Assembly (NCBI GenBank): GCA_964016885.1
Contig: OZ024754.1
Span: 8,804,001 to 8,868,000 of the forward strand
Direction: 5' to 3'
Source: Eledone cirrhosa
Taxonomy: Eukaryota
Length of the DNA: 64,000 nucleotides
Position 1 is the stretch's first letter; each line of letters begins with the position of its first letter. Under the pieces are notes generated by a model. That model ran no database searches. It was not told where the DNA came from and was given only the letters and a program-made list of their open reading frames with translations. The translations under genes and the position numbers were made by a program. This document shows positions 14,968 through 28,622 of the stretch, piece after piece.

Positions 14968-15374
14968 AGGAATAATACAGGAATAAATAAATAAAACAAT
15001 TAGAAACAGACATCTTACCACCCCCTCCACCACTACCATTACTGCTACCACCACTACTACTACCACCACCACCACCACCACCACCATCACTACTACTACC
15101 ACCACCACCACCATCACTACCATTACTGTTACCACTACCACCACTACCATTACTGCTACCACCACCACCACCACCACCACTACCATTACTGCTACCACCA
15201 CCACCACCATCACTACCATTACTGCTACCACCACCACCACCACTACCACTACTGCTACCACCACAGGTTTACCTGAGGTGTGGTGCACCTGGTGTATGAG
15301 GTACCTGGGATATAATTGGGAGCTGTGGTGAGTTGTTAACTTAGAGAGTGGGAGGGTGGAAGAGAGAGAGAGCG

Positions 15375-15405
<31 letters not shown>

Positions 15406-16181
15406 AGAGGTGAGAGAGAGAGAGAGAGAAGTGAGAGAGAGAAAGACAAAAACAAAGAATAACAGAACATGGAGTAGAGAGGAATTTTGAAATGTAAGAT
15501 TATAGGTTAATGACAGTCAATGAGGATATCATGGTTTGGTATCTGATACTGGGGAGAAATAGAGAGGAAACAGTAAATAATGGGGAGAAACGGCAGTGGA
15601 AACGGTAAATAATACTAAATAATACTATTGCAGTCATAATATAGAAACAAACCAACAGCAATTGGTTGGAATAATTAGTGTTTGTTTGTTAATGATAAGA
15701 GAGTGAATGAAATAACGAGAGATAGAGATAGAGAAAACAAATAGATAGAGAGAAGTATATATATATATATATATATATAATCATTTCATCATCATTTCAT
15801 TTTACGTCCGCTTTTCCCTGCTTGCAAGGGTGGGACAGGAACCAATTCTGGCTTGATTTCTACAGCTGGATGCCCTTCCTAACACCAACCTCATTTACAG
15901 TGAGTGCTGGGTGCTTTTTTGCCGTGGCACCTCCATGACCACTTTGCAGTGGAATGATATGGACCCCAGTCCCTATCATCTCATTTCTACAGCTGAGTAA
16001 ACTGGAGCAACGTGAAATAAAGTGTCTTGCTCAAGGAAACAACACATCACCCGGTCTGAGAATTGAACTCACAACCTTTCGATTGCAAGGCCAATGCTCT
16101 AACCATATATATATAAATCACTACCACTACAGGAATTGAATAATCAAAATCTTAGCGGTATGTCACATATCCAATCTCTCA

Positions 16182-16248
16182 TATATTTTATCTGATGAAG
16201 ACGTACTGAAACATCATTGTACCTTTGAAATATGTATAATAAAATATA
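16182..16248 (+). ncRNA. Minimal type I hammerhead ribozyme
   Basis: TATATTTTAT-CTGATGA(16192)-AGACGTAC...GTACCTTT-GAAA(16227)-TATGTA-TA-ATAAAATATA. Stem I is 10 bp and stem III is minimal. Confidence 0.7.
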
Positions 16249-18248
16249 TATTTTGATTATGAGAATATTTTTCATCTATTAAAATTTTGAATAAGATAGA
16301 TAGAGAGAGAGAGGGGGGGGGGGAGGACCTTGATGGATCATTGTGATAAATGCAGCCATTCAAGATTCCTTCTCCCTTCTCTCCCCCATACAACCTTAGA
16401 TGATTTAGTTATACCAGACTTCAAATGACTTTAGCTTTCAGCATTATTATTTGAAATAAATACATGCCACCATTGAACTACGGCCACCACCATCATCATC
16501 AACACCAACACAGACACACACTAGCATGGAACTATCATCATCATCATCAGATACACACTACCATGGAACTACCATCATCATCATCAACAACACAGATACA
16601 ACTTCCAACACTAATATCACAAGATTTAAATACAACTACATTAACACTTTAACAATAACATTACTCTATATTTACATGGTAAAGGATTTACTTTACATAA
16701 TTATCTCACATAATATCAAATCTATGAGATTTTTATATTATTTATTTTGAGAACAATATCATAACATCAGTATGAGTGGCCAGTTACAGCCAGTTTGAAC
16801 AGAAAGAGGTGAGAAAATTCTGGCTGGATATGGTTGGCTTAAATGCTAAAGGGTTAACACTTGCATTATGATAATGAAGTATACTGTATTTCATTTTGGG
16901 GAATGGGGAAAGTCGATTAAAATCACCCCTAGTGTGTTACTGGTACTTTATTTTATCAACCCTGTAAGGATGAAATTCAAAGTTAACCTTAGCAGGATTT
17001 GAACTCAGAATGTAAAGGGATGTAACTATATGCTACAAAGCATGCTGTCCAACGCTCTACCGATTCTGCTAATCCACCGACCTTTGTATTTGAATTAATT
17101 AATGAAACATTTACCAAAATTACCATTTCATTTTTCTTTGATAGCAGGTGTGGAGGACACTGCCCCCATGACCCTCTCAGGAATAAGTGGGCAAAGAAGA
17201 AGTCCATTTCATTTCTAACGTCATATTAAAAGGTACTTATCTCAAATTACATTAGGTTTTAATTTAAATGGGAACCCTTTAACTTAATGAGTGATTTGAT
17301 GATGTTGATGATGATAAATGAAACAGAATTGTTCCCTACCCCACCAAAAACCCCACTAACATCACAGAAAAAAAAAACTGGATAAATGATTGGCTGGCTG
17401 TGGCAGTAGCTTAAAACTAAGATAATGTGTTTGATATATTTATTAATAGTAAATTAATTGAATACAAACAGTACAGCACAAGTTTGTCTTCTGGGAGAAT
17501 ATATTGTAGTCTGCTAACAAAACTAAATGAATCAGATAAGAACTCTTTCTTTTTTTCTTGTGTCTTATGTAAGCTCGATATTTATCTTTTTTTTATAAAA
17601 ATAAAAATTCTCTTTTATTGCAGCATTGTGTTGACATGGTTTTCATCACATGCCATACAGAGTATAATAGGAGTTGAGCCAGTGTTGAATGTTGTGAAGT
17701 GAAATGGAATGAAATGGTTGGGACATGTGTTGAGGAAGATGAAAGTGACTGGGTGAGAGAAATAAAGCCAGTGTTGAATGTTCTGCATGTTCTGGGATTC
17801 AAACTCACAAACTCACCATTATGAGCCCAACATTCTAACCATTAAGTCACACACATTCACGAATAGAAATACTACAGTTGATTGGTTGAAATAATTAATT
17901 AGACATCTCCATTACAACTATTGGTGCTTTGCCTAACCAAACTACACCAATATTGAATGGCCTCTTGGAAACACAAGAGGCTGTATCTTGCAATATATAC
18001 ATTGATAGCTACTACATAAATATTTAGCTTTACAGGAGTTCCACTTAAAGACAATATTACTGGAGTAAACAATGATACGAGTGCAACTATAAACAGATTA
18101 AGAAAAAAATTCAAACATGAACAGAAAAAATGTAGTCAGTCTGTTAATAAGTGTTCAGAGAATAGAAAATGATGTCATATGAAGCTGTTAGCAGTGTCAT
18201 CGTCAAATGATAAAACAATTTCTTACCTATACATACTGTATCTTAACT

Positions 18249-19290
18249 ATGACAGTATGTTAAACACACTGATATACAATACATACACATATCACCAATG
18301 ATAGTATGTTAAACACACTGATATACAATACATACACATATCACCAATGATAGTATGTTAAACACACTGATATACAATACATACACATATCACCAATGAT
18401 AGTATGTTAAACACACTGATATACAATACATACACATATCACCAATGATAGTATGTCAAACACACTGATATACAATACATACACATATCACCAATGATAG
18501 TATGTTAAACACACTGATATACAATACATACACATATCACCAATGATAGTATGTTAAACACACTGATATACAATACATACACATATCACCAATGATAGTA
18601 TGTTAAACACACTGATATACAATACATACACATATCACCAATGATAGTATGTTAAACACACTGATATACAATACATACACATATCACCAATGATAGTATG
18701 TTAAACACACTGATATACAATATATACACATATCACCAATGATAGTATGTCAAACACACTGATATACAATACATACACATATCACCAATGGTAGTATGTT
18801 AAACACACTGATATACAATACATACACATATCACCAATGATAGTATGTTAAACACACTGATATACAATACATACAATATCACCAATGATAGTATGTTAAA
18901 CACATTGATAAACAATATATACACATATCACCAATGGTAGTATGTTAAACACATTGATAAACAATATATACACATACATACACATATCATCAATGACAGT
19001 ATGTCAAACACATTGATAAACAATATATACACATATCATCAATGTTAGTATGTCAAACACACTGATATACAATATATACACATACATACATACTTCATCT
19101 TAGCTGTGACAGTATGTTAAACATACTGATATACATATACATACATACACATACACATATCATCTATGATAGTATGTCAAACACTGACATACAATACACA
19201 CATACGTACATGCGCAAACACATATATACACATACATACATACATATTTTGTCTCATCTGTGAAAGTATGTTAAACACATTGACATACAG
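18249..19290. repeat. 49-bp minisatellite, decaying at its right end
   Basis: Unit ATGATAGTATGTTAAACACACTGATATACAATACATACACATATCACCA. Confidence 0.95.
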
Positions 19291-20449
19291 TGTATATACA
19301 CAGATGTGCCATAATGAAAACTATTTTACCAATGTCTAAGAAAACAAACAATATGTTTAACCCTTTATCATTTATATTACTCTATATATACTATTGTATT
19401 TTCACGGCAAAGGCTTTATCCCACATAATATTGAGATTTTGATATTATTTATTTTGAGAATAATACCTTAACATCAATATGAGTGGCCAGTTACAGCTGG
19501 TTTGAACAGAAGGAGGTGAGAGAATTCTGGTCGGATATGGTTGGTTTAACCCTTTAGCATTTAAACTGGCCATATCCGGCCAAAATTCTCTCACCTCTTT
19601 CTGTTCAAACCAGCTATAATCCAATACATCAAATAGTGTGAGGTATTGCAATACTGCAGATCAAATATTGATTTCTTTTTTCCTGGCTTCATACTTTTCA
19701 AGAAAATCAATTTTAAAATATTGCTAACACACTTCTAATGAAAATCACTGCTTATGGTTTTCAAAATTTTTGAAAATAATCAAGAATTTGGATGAATTTG
19801 GTAATATAACTAAATTTCCCGTTATTTATCTGGTGTTTGGAATATAACTTAACACTTTAGCATTGAAACCGGCTGTATCTAGCCAGAATTCTCTCATCTC
19901 TTTCTGTTCAAACCAGCTGTAACTGGTGGCTCATATTGATGTTAATTTGTAACTGTTTATATCAAACTTAACCCTTTAGCATTTAAACCAGCTGTATCCG
20001 GCTAGAATTCTCTCGCTTCTTTCTGTTGAAACCTGCAGTAACCAGCCACTCATATTGATGTTAAGGTATTGTTCTCAAAATGAATAACATCAAAGTCTCA
20101 TAGATTCGATATTATGTGAGATAAAGCCTTTACCATGAAAATACAATAGTATATATAGAGAGCAATGTAAATGCTAAATATTTGGTGGGGAAAATGTTTT
20201 CTTGCTGGATGTGATACCAACAGCAAAGTGTATTGATTAAACCTAAAATTAACTTATTTCTACTCCTAATTTTTAAAAATTTGTTTTGAGTTGACTAAAA
20301 TGGATTTGCCTGGAGCTTTTTCTAGCACTCCTGTTGTTCTACCCTTCTATAATTATACCATGCAGAAATCATTTAAATATTTTCTTCCAAATGTAGAGAC
20401 TAGTATTTTAATACAGCATGAGAGATATATATATTAGTGAAGACTTAAA

Positions 20450-20564
20450 CATACTGATGAAGAGAATCATAGTCTTGATTGATGTTTACCAAAATCGATA
20501 CTAATTACTGTAATCGATGGTGAACATTCAATATTTTTGATTCTCAGAAACAGATCTGTCTATG
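20450..20564 (+). ncRNA. Type I hammerhead with a long (about 85 nt) stem II
   Basis: CATA-CTGATGA(20454)-A-GAGAATCA...TGATTCTC-A-GAAA(20547)-CAGATCTG-TC-TATG. Stem III is palindromic (ACAGATCTGT), the site is GUC, and the base of stem II is an A-A mismatch. Confidence 0.65.
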
Positions 20565-20934
20565 GTTGTATGGCCATCTATTTATTCTATATGTATGGCT
20601 CTCTCTCACTCTCTCTCATATATATATATATATAGGGTGGGACGGGAACTGATTCTGGCTTGATTTCTACAGCTGGATGCCCTTCCTAACACCAACCTCA
20701 TTTACAGTGAGTGCTGGGTGCTTTTTTGCCGTGGCACCTACACGTCCACTTTGCAGTGGAATGATAGGGACCCCAGTCCTATCATCTCATTTCTACAGCT
20801 GAGTAAACTGGAGCAATGTGAAATAAAGAGTCTTGCTCAAGGGATCAACACATCGCCCGGTCTGAGAATTGAACTCACAACCTTTTGTTTGTAAGGCCAA
20901 TGTTCTAACCACTAAGCCATGTGCCCCCCCCCCC

Positions 20935-20990
<56 letters not shown>

Positions 20991-21068
20991 ATGTGTGTAA
21001 AAAATACTAGTTTGTTTCTCAATAGATATATTCTCATATATCATTTACAAACATATTATATATATATA

Positions 21069-21113
<45 letters not shown>

Positions 21114-22555
21114 ATATTGTTTTGAAGGTTTCCTCTTTCAATCAGAATAAAACCCATTTATTTATGCCATTACAATAATCACATGGAAATTATTCTCTTT
21201 CAAGGAAAAACCAAAAACCAAAAACCAAAATAAAAAAAATAAAAAAACCAATAAAATAAAATTAAAAAAGAAATAAACAAATGACGCATGTCATTTTTAT
21301 ATATTTGAAGACCCAACCAACCCACATCAACCACCTTCCCTCAATACTGAACAATTTTACAGAATATCCATAGTTTGAAGTCATAATATTAGAAAAGAAA
21401 TAAAAAAAAAGATGTGAGATGTGTTATAGTAATATCTCTCTCATGATAACAATAAACTCACAAGCTATACTGATATTGGATTTTTTTATATTTTTTGACA
21501 ATATTATTTGCTGATGTAAATGGTGATTGTGGTGATAATGGTGTTTGTGGTGATGCTGATGGTGGTGGTGTTTCTGAAGATGGTGATAGTAGTGGCGATG
21601 ATCATGGTGGTTGTAGTGGTGTTAATGGTGATGGCTGTGGTGGTGGGGGTGGTGTTGATGATGATGGTGATGGTGGTGATGATGGTGGTGGTGGTGGTTA
21701 AGGACCTGTAGTCGGACTCCCTTGTTTTTAGTGAATAAATTTGCACTACCCAGAGATACCTATCTTTCAGCCTAGGCATAGAGGCAAATCCTCTTCATCA
21801 TCATCATCATCATCATTATCACCATCATCATCATTATTATTCCTATTATTACTATTAATAACTTTATCATTGGTTTTCAACAGCTGAAGTAAAAAGAATA
21901 TTTTTCCACTGAAGCAAAACTACTCATTCATTGATTTATTCAAATAAAAGATTGGTTGGTTGCCAAGTAAAAACTTAAGGAAAGAAAATTGCCATGAGTG
22001 AAGAAAAGGGTGGATGGTATGGGTAGGAAATAGGATATATGGATAGATCACTGTTTCCTTTTCTTTTCCATCATCAAGTAAATTTTCTTTTAACCAAAGA
22101 TATACAGAAACCTTGGTGTCTTTCAAGATTTTCATCTTTACTAAAACTAATTCAATGGCAACTTTACTAAAACTAATTCAGACTTAGGTATAGTGTCTGT
22201 CTCTCCTCCCCCACCTCAGGCTGGGGTGTAGAGTCTGTCTCTCCTCCACCACCACAGACTGGAGTATAGTGTCTGTCCCTCTCCCTCCCCGCACCTCAGA
22301 CTGGGGTGTAGTGTCTGTCCCTCTCCACCTCTCTTTTTTTTCTTGCTTGATCCTATTATTTTTTCTTCTTTTCAAATCTTTTTTTTTTTGTTCATTCTAA
22401 TAGTAAGTCTTCTTCAATGTGTTCACTGAATAGCCTAGTAGCTGAGAACCCCCCCCCCCCCCCCCACCCCGACAGACGGACATTTGATAGCAAAGGGAAC
22501 TTCTTAACTATTCAGCAATTCTTCATCTATTGTGCATTAAATGTATGTGTTTTAA

Positions 22556-22779
22556 CCCTTTAGCATTTAAACCGGGCCGTATCCAACCAGAATTCTCTCA
22601 CCTCTTTCTGTTCAAATTGGCCATAACCAGCTGCTCATAGTGATATTAAGGTATTGCCTTCAGAATAAATAACATCAAAATCTCGTAGATTCGATATTAT
22701 ATGAGATATAATTGTGTAAGATAAACTTTTTACCACAAAAATACAATAGTATATATAGAGTAATGTAAATGCTAAAGGG
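22556..22779. mobile_element. piggyBac-type non-autonomous MITE
   Basis: TTAA on both sides and TIRs CCCTTTAGCATTTA...TAAATGCTAAAGGG. Relatives lie at 16645-16857, 19357-19625, 19849-20180 and 55378-55551. Confidence 0.8.
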
Positions 22780-22879
22780 TTAAGTTATCAAGAATTGAAC
22801 ATTGAATGAAATTAATGAATTAGCAGTGTTTAGTACACAGAATCAACTACCTTGGTATTTGATCTGACCTTCTGACACA

Positions 22880-23400
22880 GCCACTAATACAGCATATCAC
22901 CCCACCCTATTCTTTTGCACCCCTTTGTCATTTCCTTCAGGAGGTTCAATCTCTGGTGATAAGGTTTTTATATTTGTTCCAATGTCTTCTTCACAGGGCT
23001 AATTCTTCCTCAGGTCCCTTCCACTTGGATCATTTGGCACTGTTTTACCCTAATGTCACTTTCCACATACACATCATATTTTCATACCAGCTCAGTCTTC
23101 TTTCTTGCACACTACATCAAATTCCTACCATACTCTTCTTTTCTTCCAGCTCAATTCTGCTCTGCTATTCATGCACACTTACACTACACATTTAGTGCAG
23201 CAAGCTCACCTCATTTCTTCCCAACCTTTGCACTTCTGCATTCAATGTCCATGTTTCACTACTATGCAATATTGTACATGGTACACAATCTGCCATTCAC
23301 TTGGAAACAGAATCCCCTCGATGCCAGTAGATGTACCATTTGCACCCCATTCTTACTCTGATCACTATACTTTGGGACCACTTACTTCCTAAGTAACAAA
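22880..23400 (-). mobile_element. Old degenerate RTE-type LINE 3' fragment; related scraps at 12565-12737(+), 17680-17760(+) and 24990-25190(-)
   Basis: Remnant motifs CQMIQVEG..GR...KKTW and WLGHVLR, and a (GAT)n tail at 12715-12737. Confidence 0.5.
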
Positions 23401-24309
23401 AGCTATCAACTACTACAGAGCCTTCCAAGCATTTGAAAGAACGTAATTCCGTGGATGCTCATTTGAGGTGCATTTGACTGGTATTTTATTATATTGACCC
23501 CAGAACATTCAAAGGCACAGCTCACCTTGGTGAACTTTGTACTCAGAACTTAAAGAACCAAATTGGTTCTATATATATATCATCATCATCATCATCGTTT
23601 GACGTCCATCTTCCATGCTACCATGGGTTAGACGGTTTTGTTCCACTTTATGCGGGATTGGCCAGGAGACTGTGTGAGGCTTGTACAGAACTGTCCCTGG
23701 CAGGTTTTCTATGGCTGGATGCCCTTTCTAACACCAACCACATTTACAGTGTGGACTGGGAGCCTTATATATATAAGGGTCATACAGTTGGTATGATGTG
23801 TGTGTGATAACATTAACAGAACAGATAGATAGACAGACAGAGTGAAGCAAAAAATGTCTTACCTATACTAGGCTGCCGATAAAAAACTTTTTTAAGTCGG
23901 CATTTATATGAACCAAAAATGGTAGAAATTGTGTGCTTATATGGAGAAAGAAAGCGAGTTGTGTGTGCCTGTGTGTGCATGCGTGTATACACATCTACCA
24001 CCCACGTACATGAACATACATTGCATTGAAGACTAACAGTTAAAATCTAACCATATGTTTGTGAAATATCCGTGTCTGTAGACAAACAAGTGTTCCTACA
24101 ATAGATTTATTTACTTTTGGGGCAAATACTGAGACATTTGAAGACAACAGAACAACAAAAATATATAAATAAAATAAAAAGCATACAAAATAAAAATACA
24201 TATTTATATTGATATTATAGATATATAGTGACAACAACAACAATGACAACCATATTGCAACCATGACTATAATAATAATAATATTAAAAAACCTTGTTAT
24301 TTCAATACT

Positions 24310-24897
24310 AAAAACCACTACAGTACTATAGCCATCACAATGCTATAGCCACTACAATACTATAGCCACAATACTATTATCACCACAATATGATAGTTAC
24401 AATACTATTACCATCACAACATTAAAACTACTACGATACTATAGCCATCACAATACTATTACCATCACAACATTAAAACCACTACGATACTATAGCCATC
24501 ACAATACTATTACCATCACAACATTAAAACCACTACGATACTATAGCCATCACAATACTATAGCTACAATACTATAGCCATCACAATACTATAGCTACAA
24601 TACTATTACCATCACAATACTATAGCTACAATACTATTACCATCACAATACTATAGCTACAATACTATTACCATCACAATACTATAGCTACAATACTATT
24701 ACCATCACAATACTATAGCCATCACAATACTATTACAATCACAATACTATTGCAATCACAATACTATTACCATCACAATACTATTACCATCACAATACTA
24801 TTACCATCACAATACTATTACAATCACAATACTATAGCTACAATACTATTACAATCACAATACTATTACAATCACAATACTATTACCATCATCACTA
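24310..24897. repeat. Compound 14/17-bp minisatellite
   Basis: ACAATACTATTACCATC and ACAATACTATAGCT units. Confidence 0.85.
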
Positions 24898-25426
24898 TTT
24901 ACAACATAATGCAATGACTACCATCAACACCATTCCCTTCATAATATTTACAACAGCAGTAACAACAAGTGTCCCCCCCCCCGTCCCCTTAAAACAGAGG
25001 TTAGCCTTGCTGGTGGGGACCTCATGAGAAACTTCTCTAGTTTGCCCTATAGGTTACATCCAACACACACCTCCTGGCTTTCATTTCTTTAGCTATATCT
25101 TTCAAGGTTTTTCTACTTCCTTCTGTATTTATTTCTATCATTGCTCTCCTCACCCAGACACTTCCAGCTTTTCTCAACATATGACAGGCATATCATAACT
25201 GTAAATGGCATATACAGGGTAATGTTGCTAAAAAATGTAGACACCATTTTAATAAATATTGGCTGTACAGGTAATCAAAGTGTGTATACATTTTAGGGGG
25301 ACACCTTGTATTTTAATAGACAGCAAGACATCTCTTTAAACACTATGTTACTTATTTGGTCAACTATCAACACTAAACTCATAAAACTGAGAACATCAAT
25401 GAACAAGATAAAATGGAGAAGTGACT

Positions 25427-26515
25427 TTAACACTTTTCATACCAAAACCACCTGACATGGTTCCTTGTTCCACGATAATGAAGGCTGTTTATTTTAAACT
25501 GTTTATATTTATCTAAAATACCTTTCATCATAATTCTATACTCCAAACATTACTTCCTTTTGATATCAAACCACCTGACCACCCCACTAGTTCTGTGATA
25601 AAAAGCTGTCTCTATTAAAATGTTTATAATTATCTAAAAACCATTCATCATAATTTTATGTAGGAACCTTTATTAACTCCTTTTGATATCATCAAACCAC
25701 CTAAATCTTCTCCCCACTCCAGTTCTGTGATAAAAAGCTGTTTTATTTTAAAGTGTTTATATTTATCTAAAAAAAACCTTCCATTATAATTTTATGTAAG
25801 AATGTTTGTTAACGAGTTTAATAACGAGGAAGTTATATTAATAAATCTTATCAAATTCTTTATCTAAAAAACCAAACAAAAAAAACCAATTAGAACCATA
25901 GGCAGTATCATTAGATATGCTAATGGTTTACAGAAAGGTGTAGGTGGGGTATTTAGTTTAGAAGTATAGTCACGAAAGGGTTAACCTTTTTTTAATACTA
26001 AACCACCTCTGGTTCTACAATAAAACACTGCTGTTAGTTTGCTTGAAGCATTATGAAATATGAAAATTAGTTGATAAACACAAACTAAACTGTTTATTTT
26101 GAAATGTTTATATTTATCTAAAAACCTTCCATTATATGCATTACTGGTACTTTATTTTATCGACCCCGTAAGGATGAAAGGCAAAGTTAACCTCGGCGGG
26201 ATTTGAACTCAGTTACGACCTTTGCCATTCTGAGTTCAAATCCCGCCGAGGTTAACTTTGCCTTTCATCCTTAGGGGGTCGATAAAATAAAGTACCAGTA
26301 ATGCACTGGATAATTGCTAGCCTTGTGCTCAAAGTATAAACAATTATAATGTTATGCAAAATCCTTTTTTTTTTTCCTTTCTATTTTCACAGTACGGGTG
26401 ATAGTTAAGTTAGTTATATTACTAAATCCCTCCAAATTCTTGATTATTTAAAAAATATATTTGAAAACCATTGACAGGGCATTTTATGACAAGTATGGTG
26501 ATAAAAGGGGGTTAG
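25427..26515 (+). mobile_element. Cluster of fragments of a second TTAA-CCCTTT MITE family
   Basis: Recurrent TTAACC(C/T)TTTTGATACCAAACCACC...TGTTTATATTTATCTAAAAACCTTCCAT, also at 1367-1480, 5050-5200 and 42381-42560. Confidence 0.55.
26138..26345. mobile_element. SINE family 1 with an inverted duplicated 5' arm (about 75-bp hairpin)
   Basis: 26138-26212 is the reverse complement of 26230-26304, with a 17-nt spacer. The right arm continues to the normal 3' end. Confidence 0.8.
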
Positions 26516-27253
26516 AAAGATGCAGGAAGCTTGTTGAGTTTCATAAGTGGAATTTAAAAAAAAAAGGAATTTTCAAATAGCAAAGCTTTTCCTAGAGATA
26601 GAATTATATCAATCCCTCCCACCACCCTCAAATGTCTCTATTCTTCGTTAGGTAAAATAAATAAAGTTGGACAGATGTGGTACATGTTACCTAAATACAA
26701 ACACCCACCACCACCACCACCACTACCACCGTATTCTTCCGTGGCATTTTGTCAAATTTGTTTTTCCTGACACGATTAAAAGAAATGGTTACATAAAACA
26801 CAAAGAAAAAAATATTCAATAGATATTAGAAAAAGTTATTAAAATTCCATTGGAAGTAATTTAACAGTAACAAGTATTAAAGGAAGGTTCTGATGGGGGC
26901 CATTGAGTTGTGTGACCGCCGGACGACGCAGTATTGATTAATGAAGGTTTTTTTTTTTTTTTTTCGTTCTGTCTGTATATTTTTGTATTTATAAGGTTCC
27001 ACGAATTCTATTTTTACGTGAAACATTATAATTATGATATTTTACTAAGTGACTGTCGTATACAGTCAAATTACACACACGCATTATCACAGATGAAATA
27101 TAAACAGTAACAACAACACTATTAATAATGCTTTCTACTTTAGACACGCGGCAACAATATTAATAATAACCACAACTTTAAGATCAACAACAGCAAATCG
27201 ATAACATAAAAGTCACACACAACAAAATCGATAAATTCACATAAGAACCTTAC

Positions 27254-27385
27254 TTCGAAATCGGGTTCCACTACCGTAGTGATTTGTACTCTAAGTGTAC
27301 ATCCACGCCGTCTTGTAATAACGGGTAGGTCCTCCTCGTAAATTGTAGCCACCACAGGCTCCTGTTTGACGTTTACCTCAGCCAT
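27254..27385 (-). CDS. Probable first coding exon of the same gene (MAEVNVKQEPVVATIYEEDLPVITRRRGCTLRVQITTVVEPDFE)
   Basis: ATG at 27385-27383, 44 open codons, donor GAA|GTAAGG (27253-27248). Phase 0 matches the 4381 acceptor. Non-repetitive, CpG-containing sequence. Confidence 0.7.
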
Positions 27386-27445
27386 AGGGACTTCGAATCC
27401 GGATCGGTACAACACACACACACACATACACTACACACACGAAAG

Positions 27446-27497
<52 letters not shown>

Positions 27498-27589
27498 CTA
27501 AATTAGTAGGTAGATACGTGTGCGTGTATGTATGTATGTATGTATGTGCGTGTGTGTGTAGATCGATAATGGTAATAAAGGGCTGATAT

Positions 27590-27825
27590 CACATCCTTAA
27601 TGTAGCAATGATCTCACCACGTTGACGAGTCGCGTGGGCTACCATGTGTGTTTCTGAGCAGGTTGGTTGTCATGAAAATAAGCGACTGCTTCTTGTCATC
27701 AATAAAAGAAAAAGACCGCACTATACCATAGCAGACTCTACTATAGTACAGTAAAACAGGAAACACTACACTGCTGTATAGCATAGTGTGGTGTATAGAA
27801 ATAGTAAAGTGGTGATCATTGAAAA

Positions 27826-27867
<42 letters not shown>

Positions 27868-28430
27868 TGCGGTAGGATATATTAGGTGTTGTATATACGG
27901 CGGACGTGGTAGCTGGTCGGTAAAGAACCTCAACGTTTAAAACCAACAGATGTCTTCGTTATTGAAGACGAATGATGTTGATGTTGATGTTGATGTTGAT
28001 AATGGCCGGAGTGGTAGTTGGTAGTGGCAACAGTTGTGATATATCGAGGGTCCCCAATCCCCAGACTGTGTACAGACATCTTTCGCGTCAAACCGAATCG
28101 ATAGTAGAAACGTTATCGATGTTTTCCCCTCCTTGGCTAACCAAACATCAAAGAAAGAAAGATACGAGATCGGTGGTCCCCAATTTCCAAACTATAAACG
28201 GACATCTTTCGTCATGTCCACGCCAAATAAGGGAGGTTTTCTTGTTTTTCGGCTGTCGTTGTGACTGTTAGAAGGCGACTCCTTAATCACATCTGGCACT
28301 CACCTCCAGCTGTGTGTATACAGGTAGGAAAGTGAAGTAGCTGGTAACGAATGAACGAGTGACAGCCACCACACATCTGCCCACCCCATCGACAGTAATG
28401 AAATATAAATGACGATCTCATAGAACTGCT
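27590..28430 (-). promoter_or_regulatory. Putative 5'UTR/promoter region of the minus-strand gene
   Basis: Mostly unique, CpG-richer sequence directly upstream of the 27385 ATG. It contains a consensus minus-strand donor GAG|GTGAGT at 28303-28298, suggesting a non-coding exon. Confidence 0.4.
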
Positions 28431-28622
28431 GCTGTTGCTAATTATAACGATGATGATGATGATGGTGATGGTGGTGGTGATGGTGGTGGTGGTGGTGGTA
28501 GGAGGTGTTTATAATAGAGTTAGCAGTGCTGTGGTGGTGGTGGTGGTGGTGAAGTGCTTCACGTCGTTCTTACATATTTCAATGATGATGTTTAGCGATG
28601 GTGTGGTGTTGGTATTATATAT

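Noticed and set aside
15018-15310. Possible Gly/Ser-rich minus-strand exon ending at a GTAAGA donor
   Set aside because: The G/S frame has an upstream stop with no acceptor after it, and the body is microsatellite.
23858-24001. Minus-strand ORF ending at a TAG|GTAAGA donor
   Set aside because: It is phase 1, and joining it to the 4381 acceptor enters a frame with a stop. A non-coding exon is not excluded.
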